20,600 bases of DNA from Steroidobacteraceae bacterium (GTDB taxonomy: Bacteria > Pseudomonadota > Gammaproteobacteria > Steroidobacterales > Steroidobacteraceae), in NCBI GenBank assembly GCA_044225565.1, contig JBGAIL010000083.1, forward strand, positions 1 through 20,600. The letters are read 5' to 3'. The notes beneath the pieces are model-generated. The model saw only the letters and a program-made list of their open reading frames with translations, was not told where the DNA came from and made no database searches. Below, one piece after another: positions 15,687 through 20,600 of this stretch. The position numbers and the translations under genes are program-made. Positions within the stretch are counted from its first letter, which is position 1, and each line of letters starts with the position of its first letter.

Positions 15687-18600
15687 TTACAGCCTCGCGG
15701 AAGCGCCCAGGAAGAAGTAGCGGCCGATATTGTCATACAGCGCGCCCGCCGGGCCAGCCGTGTTGCCCCCACCACCGAAGAACTCGGGAATGCGCGGCGG
15801 AACGACGTCGAACAGGTTGTTGATTCCCAGCGTCACGCGGTAGGCCTCGCGGAAGGTATATCCGAGCACGAGATCGTTGTAGATCTTGGCGCCGGCACGG
15901 TTGGCTTCACGCTCCTCGGGCAGGACGTCGCGCTGGCCCAGCTGATGACCGATGTAGCGCGTGCTCAGGTCGGCCTCGAACCCACCCGCCGACCAGGCGA
16001 GCGACAGGTTGGCACGCACCCGCGGATACCCGCCCGCGCCCGTGTTCACCACCAGCGAGCCCGGATCTGTGCTGTCCACCTGCTGCTCGCGCGTGATGAG
16101 GTAGGTGCCATTCAGGCCGATGCGCAGCTGGCCTGCAGGCAGGCCCAGGAGCGACGGCATGCCCAGGCGATACGTGCTCTGCAGGTCGATACCCTTGGCC
16201 AGCAGCGTGCTGACGTTGATCTCGCGGACGTCGACGAAGTCGATGACGAAATCCGGGCGTCGGTGCACCAGGCTGCAGAACTGGTTGTCGATGCTCGGCA
16301 GATCGACGCAGCGATCGACGATCGTCTGGATGTCGATGGAGTTGATCGCATCGTCGATCTTGATCTTCCAGTAGTCGACCGACACCGACAGGTTCGGGAT
16401 CGCCGTCGGCGTCAGGACGAAGCCGAGGGTGAAGGCATCGGAGGTCTCTTCCTGCAGATCCGGGTTGCCGCCGACCCGCGCGAAATTGCCGAGACCACCC
16501 AGGTCGACGAAGTCGGCCGGCGCTCCGAGCGCCGCGCAGTTGGCGTCGCGGGTCGCGCTCTGGTTGCGCACCCCGGCATCGCAGGGGTCCAGGTTGTACT
16601 GGTTCTGGATCGAGGTCGGAATGAACAGCTCCGTGAGGTTCGGAGCCCGCACGCTCCTGGTGATCGTGGTGCGCAAGCGCACGTCCGAGGTCGGTGCCCA
16701 GTCGCTGGCGACCTTCCAGGCCTTGGTCTTGTCGATCGTCGAGTAGTCGGACAGACGTCCGGCGAGCTCCAGGTTGAGCGCCTTCGCGAACGGCTTGTCG
16801 GCCAGCAGCGGCGTCACGACTTCGGCGAAGACTTCCTTCACGTCGAAGCTGCCGTTGAAGCCCTCGCCGAGATTGTCGAACGGCCAGAGCTGACCCGTGA
16901 CGGCGAGACCATCCGGGCGCGTCTTCAGGCGCTCGCGGCGGTACTCGAGGCCGCTCGCGAACTGCACCTTGCCGGCCGGCAGCGTGAACAGGTTGCCGTT
17001 CAGCTGGGCGCCGGAGATCTCCTGCGAATTGGTCACCTCGCGGATCATGTTGTGGCGGAACCAGTCGATGGCCGCCTGCGTCGCCACGTTCTGGCCGAGG
17101 ATGTTGAGCGGGACGCAGCCCGCAGCGCGCGCAGCTGCATCGCGACACACGATCTCACCCGTCAGCGGATCGCGGATGGCATCGACCGACTGCTGCCAGC
17201 GCGCCTCGATGCGCGAGGTCTTCTGCACGTCCGTGTTCATGTAGCCGTACTGGTAGAACGCCTGCCACGACCAGCCGTCACCGAACTCGCCCTTGATGCC
17301 GCCCAGGGCCGTGAAGCCCTGCTTGTCGTAGGACTCGGTGAGGATGCCCTGGTCGTCGTCCTGGCGGAACACCGACAGGCTGTCCTGACCGTTCGCGTCC
17401 ATGAGCGCGCCGAGCTCATCGGGAATGTACGGGTTGTCGCGCAGGATCGGCTGCGCGGCTTCGAAGTTCGACTGGTGGTAGTCGATCGCCGTGATGTGCG
17501 AGAACTCGGCCTCGCTGAACAGCGAGACGCGATCGCTCAGTTTGTAGTCGATGCTGGTGTGCGCCGCGAGCACGTCGCGCTTGATTCGCAGCTGGTCGTA
17601 GGTGGTGTAGCTGAAACCTTCCCCGCCATCGGCAAACGAGCCGCCCGAGTACAGCGGACCGTTCCGCGGCTCGCGCAGCTGGCCGTTGTCGATGAGGTAA
17701 CGGGTGTCGCCGACGTAGAAGCTGCCGTTGGTCGTGTAGTCCGGCAGCACCGCATCGCGGATCAGGATCAGGTCCGTGATGCCATCGTTCGGCCCCGTGT
17801 TGGCCGGGTTGGGAACCAGCGCCAGCCAGTTCCTGGCGAAATCGCGCTGCGTGGCGAACAGCGGATTCTCGTCGCTGTAGGAGACGCCGAACGTGAGCGA
17901 GCCCCGCTCGTCGGAGAATTTCGTGCCGCCGAAAAGATCGATGCTGTAGCTGTCGGCGCCTCCGTGCTGGGAAAGCCCCTGGCGCGCGGAGATCTCCAGG
18001 CCGTCGAAGTCGTTCCGCAGGATCACGTTGACGACGCCACTGACGGCATCCGCGCCGTAAACCGCCGCCGCGCCGCCGGTGATGACGTCGATACGCTCGA
18101 CCATCCCGGCCGGGATGGTGTTGAGATCGACTGCGGAGGATGTCGCCGATCCGGCCACGCGGCGCCGGCCATTCACGAGCGTCAGCGTGCGATCCGTACC
18201 GAGGCCCCGCAGATTGATGAAGGTGCTGGCGTCGCTGTCGCCGGAGAAGTTCGACGTCGCGGAGGTGAGGCCCACGCCCACCGAGGGAATCTCCAGCAGC
18301 ACCTCACCCAGGTTGTTGAAGCCGGTGTTCTGGATGGCGCGACGGTCGACGATGGTGGTCGGTGTCGCGGTCTCGTAGCTGTCGCGCGCGATGTGCGAGC
18401 CTGTCACCACCACCTCACCCATGCCGTTCGCATCTTCGACCGGCGAGGACATGCGCTCGCCTTCGGCGGCCTGCGCCTGGGCCCCATCGCTGCCGGCGGA
18501 CGGGCTCGCCGAAGTCTGCGCGAGGCGGATGGGCTGCATGTACAGGCCATCCGCACGCGACGCGCCCAAGCCATTCACGCCCGCCAGAGGACGAATCTCG

Positions 18601-18896
18601 ATGGTCTTCGGATTGAGCTCGCGGAACGTGAGCTGCGAGTCTCCGAGCAATCGCTGCAGGGCCGCCTCGGTGGTGAACTTGCCGCGCAAGGCCGGAGCCT
18701 CGAAGCCCTCCGTCACCCTGGAGAAGAAGATCACCTGCACGCCGGACTGCTTGGCGAACTCCTGCAGCGCCTCGCCGAGCGGCTGCTGCTCGATGCGCAG
18801 CTCGTAGCGCATGGCATCGGCCGCCGGGGCCGGCGCAGACAGCGATGGAAGCAAGGCAAGGACGAGAACCGGGACCGCGAGAAACCTGCCGCGCAT
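15687..18896 (-). CDS. TonB-dependent transducer (outer-membrane receptor with N-terminal STN signalling domain, FecA-like architecture), 1069 aa
   Basis: The order is signal peptide, STN domain (ELRIEQQPLGEALQEFAKQSGVQVIFFSRVTEGF...TFRELNPKTIEIRP), TonB box/plug (GEVVVTGSHIA), a long barrel and a C-terminal ...GRYFFLGASARL. Confidence 0.9.
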   Translation of the reverse strand: MRGRFLAVPVLVLALLPSLSAPAPAADAMRYELRIEQQPLGEALQEFAKQSGVQVIFFSRVTEGFEAPALRGKFTTEAALQRLLGDSQLTFRELNPKTIEIRPLAGVNGLGASRADGLYMQPIRLAQTSASPSAGSDGAQAQAAEGERMSSPVEDANGMGEVVVTGSHIARDSYETATPTTIVDRRAIQNTGFNNLGEVLLEIPSVGVGLTSATSNFSGDSDASTFINLRGLGTDRTLTLVNGRRRVAGSATSSAVDLNTIPAGMVERIDVITGGAAAVYGADAVSGVVNVILRNDFDGLEISARQGLSQHGGADSYSIDLFGGTKFSDERGSLTFGVSYSDENPLFATQRDFARNWLALVPNPANTGPNDGITDLILIRDAVLPDYTTNGSFYVGDTRYLIDNGQLREPRNGPLYSGGSFADGGEGFSYTTYDQLRIKRDVLAAHTSIDYKLSDRVSLFSEAEFSHITAIDYHQSNFEAAQPILRDNPYIPDELGALMDANGQDSLSVFRQDDDQGILTESYDKQGFTALGGIKGEFGDGWSWQAFYQYGYMNTDVQKTSRIEARWQQSVDAIRDPLTGEIVCRDAAARAAGCVPLNILGQNVATQAAIDWFRHNMIREVTNSQEISGAQLNGNLFTLPAGKVQFASGLEYRRERLKTRPDGLAVTGQLWPFDNLGEGFNGSFDVKEVFAEVVTPLLADKPFAKALNLELAGRLSDYSTIDKTKAWKVASDWAPTSDVRLRTTITRSVRAPNLTELFIPTSIQNQYNLDPCDAGVRNQSATRDANCAALGAPADFVDLGGLGNFARVGGNPDLQEETSDAFTLGFVLTPTAIPNLSVSVDYWKIKIDDAINSIDIQTIVDRCVDLPSIDNQFCSLVHRRPDFVIDFVDVREINVSTLLAKGIDLQSTYRLGMPSLLGLPAGQLRIGLNGTYLITREQQVDSTDPGSLVVNTGAGGYPRVRANLSLAWSAGGFEADLSTRYIGHQLGQRDVLPEEREANRAGAKIYNDLVLGYTFREAYRVTLGINNLFDVVPPRIPEFFGGGGNTAGPAGALYDNIGRYFFLGASARL

Positions 18897-18903
18897 GGCG
18901 TCG

Positions 18904-20064
18904 CTACCTTTCGTGATGGGACTCCCCTTCCCCTCCGTAGAGTGCCGCGCGGTCGATTTGGGCCCCTCCCTGCCCGGAATTCGTCGTCACGATGCGCGCG
19001 CCATCCTCGCTTTCCTCGATGCGCACGCCCGGGATCTGCGCGAGGAACTGCATGAACGACCCGGGATCGTTGGCCTCGAACACGCCCGTGACGGTCTGCC
19101 GGCGCAGCGCCTCGTCCACGATGCGGATCGCATGCCGGTTGTAACGATTGAATTCCTCCGCGACGTCACCCAGCGGCCGGCGCTCGAATACCAGCCTGCG
19201 CTGCGTCCAGGCCGTGGCCGCGGCCACGTTGGCGATCCGCTGCGGCGCGGCGGCACCGGATTTCGTGATGACCACGCTCTGCGCCGCGTCCAGAAGGAGC
19301 TGCGGTGGCGGCGCCGCCGATCCTGCCGGCTCCCCCGAAACGACGGCGACCCGCCCTTCGACTACGGTAACGGTGGTTCCGGCATCGCGCGTGACCACGT
19401 TGAATTGCGTGCCGACGGCACGGATGGTGCTGTTGCCCGCCAGCACCTCGAAAGGCCGCGCCGCGTCTCGCGCCACCTGGAACAGCGCTTCGCCTCGTCG
19501 CAGATGCACGAGACGCCGGCTTTCGTCGAACTCCACTTCGATGTCCGACGCAGTGTTGAGCGTGACCAACGAGCCATCCGCGAGCAGGACCGAACGCTGC
19601 TCGCCGACGGCCGTGCGATAGGCCTGAGGCCGCTGGGCCAGCAGCACCGCGCCGAGGAGCGCGAGCAGCAGCGAAGCGGCAACGGCCATCTTCCAGTGAC
19701 GCCTTCCGCCTGGTGCTGCGCGCCGCTGTGGACCCGCACTCCGCCCCGAACCCGCGTTCAGCGCCGGCGGGACGTCTTTCGCTGAACCGGCCCCCTCCGA
19801 CGTGAACGGCAGGACAGCCGGGGGCGACTCCAGCGCCTGGCGGACCAGCTCGTCGGCGCTGGTCTGTGGCCATTGCACGGCGCCGGACTTGAGTGCGCCT
19901 TCGAGGCGCGCCATCTTCAGGTACGCCTCGACGCGCTCGGGCGAGCGCGCCACCCATTCACCGAAAGCGCGCCGCTCCGCGAGCGACACGCTGGCGCCGT
20001 GCAGGGTGACCCACCAGCGCGCGGCCTGCTCGGAAACCGATACGGACGTTTCCCTGTCGCTCAC
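18904..20064 (-). CDS. FecR-family transmembrane anti-sigma factor
   Basis: It has an N-terminal cytoplasmic anti-sigma region (EQAARWWVTL...), a single TM helix (MAVAASLLLALLGAVLLA), and periplasmic FecR and C-terminal domains. The GTG start overlaps the sigma-factor stop (GTGA). Confidence 0.85.
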   Translation of the reverse strand: MSDRETSVSVSEQAARWWVTLHGASVSLAERRAFGEWVARSPERVEAYLKMARLEGALKSGAVQWPQTSADELVRQALESPPAVLPFTSEGAGSAKDVPPALNAGSGRSAGPQRRAAPGGRRHWKMAVAASLLLALLGAVLLAQRPQAYRTAVGEQRSVLLADGSLVTLNTASDIEVEFDESRRLVHLRRGEALFQVARDAARPFEVLAGNSTIRAVGTQFNVVTRDAGTTVTVVEGRVAVVSGEPAGSAAPPPQLLLDAAQSVVITKSGAAAPQRIANVAAATAWTQRRLVFERRPLGDVAEEFNRYNRHAIRIVDEALRRQTVTGVFEANDPGSFMQFLAQIPGVRIEESEDGARIVTTNSGQGGAQIDRAALYGGEGESHHER

Positions 20065-20576
20065 TTCAGCCCCTCCAGCGACTGCCGCAGGCAGTCGTAA
20101 CCTCGCGCCAGATAGCGTTTCACCTGGCGCTCGCTCATCTCGAGGCGGCGCGCGATTTCCTTATATGCCTCCTCGTCCCGCAGCCGCAGCAACACCACGG
20201 CGCGCATGGCCGGCGACATGGCATCCAGCGCGTCCGACACGCGGCGCGCGCACGCATGCGCGTCGAGCTCGAACTCGGGGACGCATTCGTCGACCAGCGA
20301 CGCTTCCTCGACCGGCTCGAGCTGGCTCGCCTGCGGCTGGCTGTGCCGCCACTCGGCCACCACGTTGCCGGCGACGCGCAGCAGATAGGCCTGCGGGTTC
20401 TTGACTTCGCGCAGGTCCGGGGCGCGCAGCAGGCGCAGGTAGGTTTCCTGTGCGAGGTCTTCGATATCGACCGGGGCGCGCACGCGGCGACCCAGGAAGC
20501 GCAACAGGTTGCGATTCCAGCGATTGCGCCAGCCGGCCAGGAGCGAGTGATCGGACACGAAGGCCACCTCGCCCAC
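20061..20576 (-). CDS. ECF (sigma-70 family, FecI-like) RNA polymerase sigma factor
   Basis: Region 2 (DLAQETYLRLLRAPD) and region 4 HTH (EEAYKEIARRLEMSERQVKRYLARG) are present. The GTG start is close to the window edge and might be a few codons upstream. Confidence 0.85.
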   Translation of the reverse strand: MGEVAFVSDHSLLAGWRNRWNRNLLRFLGRRVRAPVDIEDLAQETYLRLLRAPDLREVKNPQAYLLRVAGNVVAEWRHSQPQASQLEPVEEASLVDECVPEFELDAHACARRVSDALDAMSPAMRAVVLLRLRDEEAYKEIARRLEMSERQVKRYLARGYDCLRQSLEGLK

Positions 20577-20600
20577 TATAGACGGCGAAAGGGCCCCGAT

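Noticed and set aside
18835-18925. While hand-translating I got 1-nt disagreements with the ORF track near 18841, near 18920 and at the 20400 line junction.
   Set aside because: They coincide with line boundaries or homopolymers. I attribute them to my own character-level transcription, not to real frameshifts. The track shows intact TonB-dependent transducer, FecR and sigma frames, which I trust.
15039-19055. A 1338-aa plus-strand ORF and many other long ORFs (1025..2368, 4284..5939, 4462..5634, 7641..9182, 9874..11094, 11513..12952, 12966..13952, 12982..13962, 13730..15076, 15907..17148, 18811..19785, 19166..19957).
   Set aside because: All are antisense or out of frame relative to well-supported genes. 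They have Arg/Ala/Gly/Pro-rich low-complexity translations typical of stop-codon-poor high-GC DNA, and none has a recognisable domain signature.
1-20600. A search for CRISPR arrays, integrases, transposases, IS inverted repeats, or a direct repeat of the tRNA 3' end.
   Set aside because: None were found by eye. A genomic-island interpretation of 5.9-9.2 kb therefore remains tentative.

Overview
High-GC (~68%) Gram-negative chromosomal window, probably from a Xanthomonadales-like gammaproteobacterium or a similar TonB-receptor-rich lineage. From 5' to 3' it contains the following. (1) A minus-strand omega-amino-acid (beta-alanine/GABA-type) catabolic operon of aminotransferase, methylmalonate/malonate-semialdehyde dehydrogenase and APC permease. 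All three structural genes carry frameshifts, at least 8 indels in about 4.2 kb. The divergent MocR/GabR-type regulator is intact. (2) A lower-GC BrnT/BrnA type II toxin-antitoxin pair, a GNAT acetyltransferase and a tRNA-His(GUG)-like gene with an aberrant acceptor stem. (3) A monocistronic soluble SPFH/Band-7 gene (COG4260-like) ending in a strong intrinsic terminator. (4) A PadR-MFS efflux operon; the PadR carries an unusual His/Gly/Phe-rich N-terminal tail and a perfect AT-rich 20-bp palindrome upstream. (5) A long minus-strand gene string: ECF sigma, then a FecR anti-sigma factor, then a 1069-aa TonB-dependent transducer with STN signalling domain, then an S12 beta-lactamase-fold hydrolase (frameshifted), then a PBP7-like DD-peptidase, then a DUF885 metallopeptidase-like protein. 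I read (5) as a cell-surface-signalling-controlled D-peptide or peptidoglycan-fragment uptake and degradation locus; I regard it as the most interesting candidate system in the window. No CRISPR array, integrase or IS element was found. The many long antisense ORFs in the track are high-GC artefacts. Small-feature coordinates from hand reading are approximate (+/-2 nt). Where a track ORF covers a feature I used the track coordinates.
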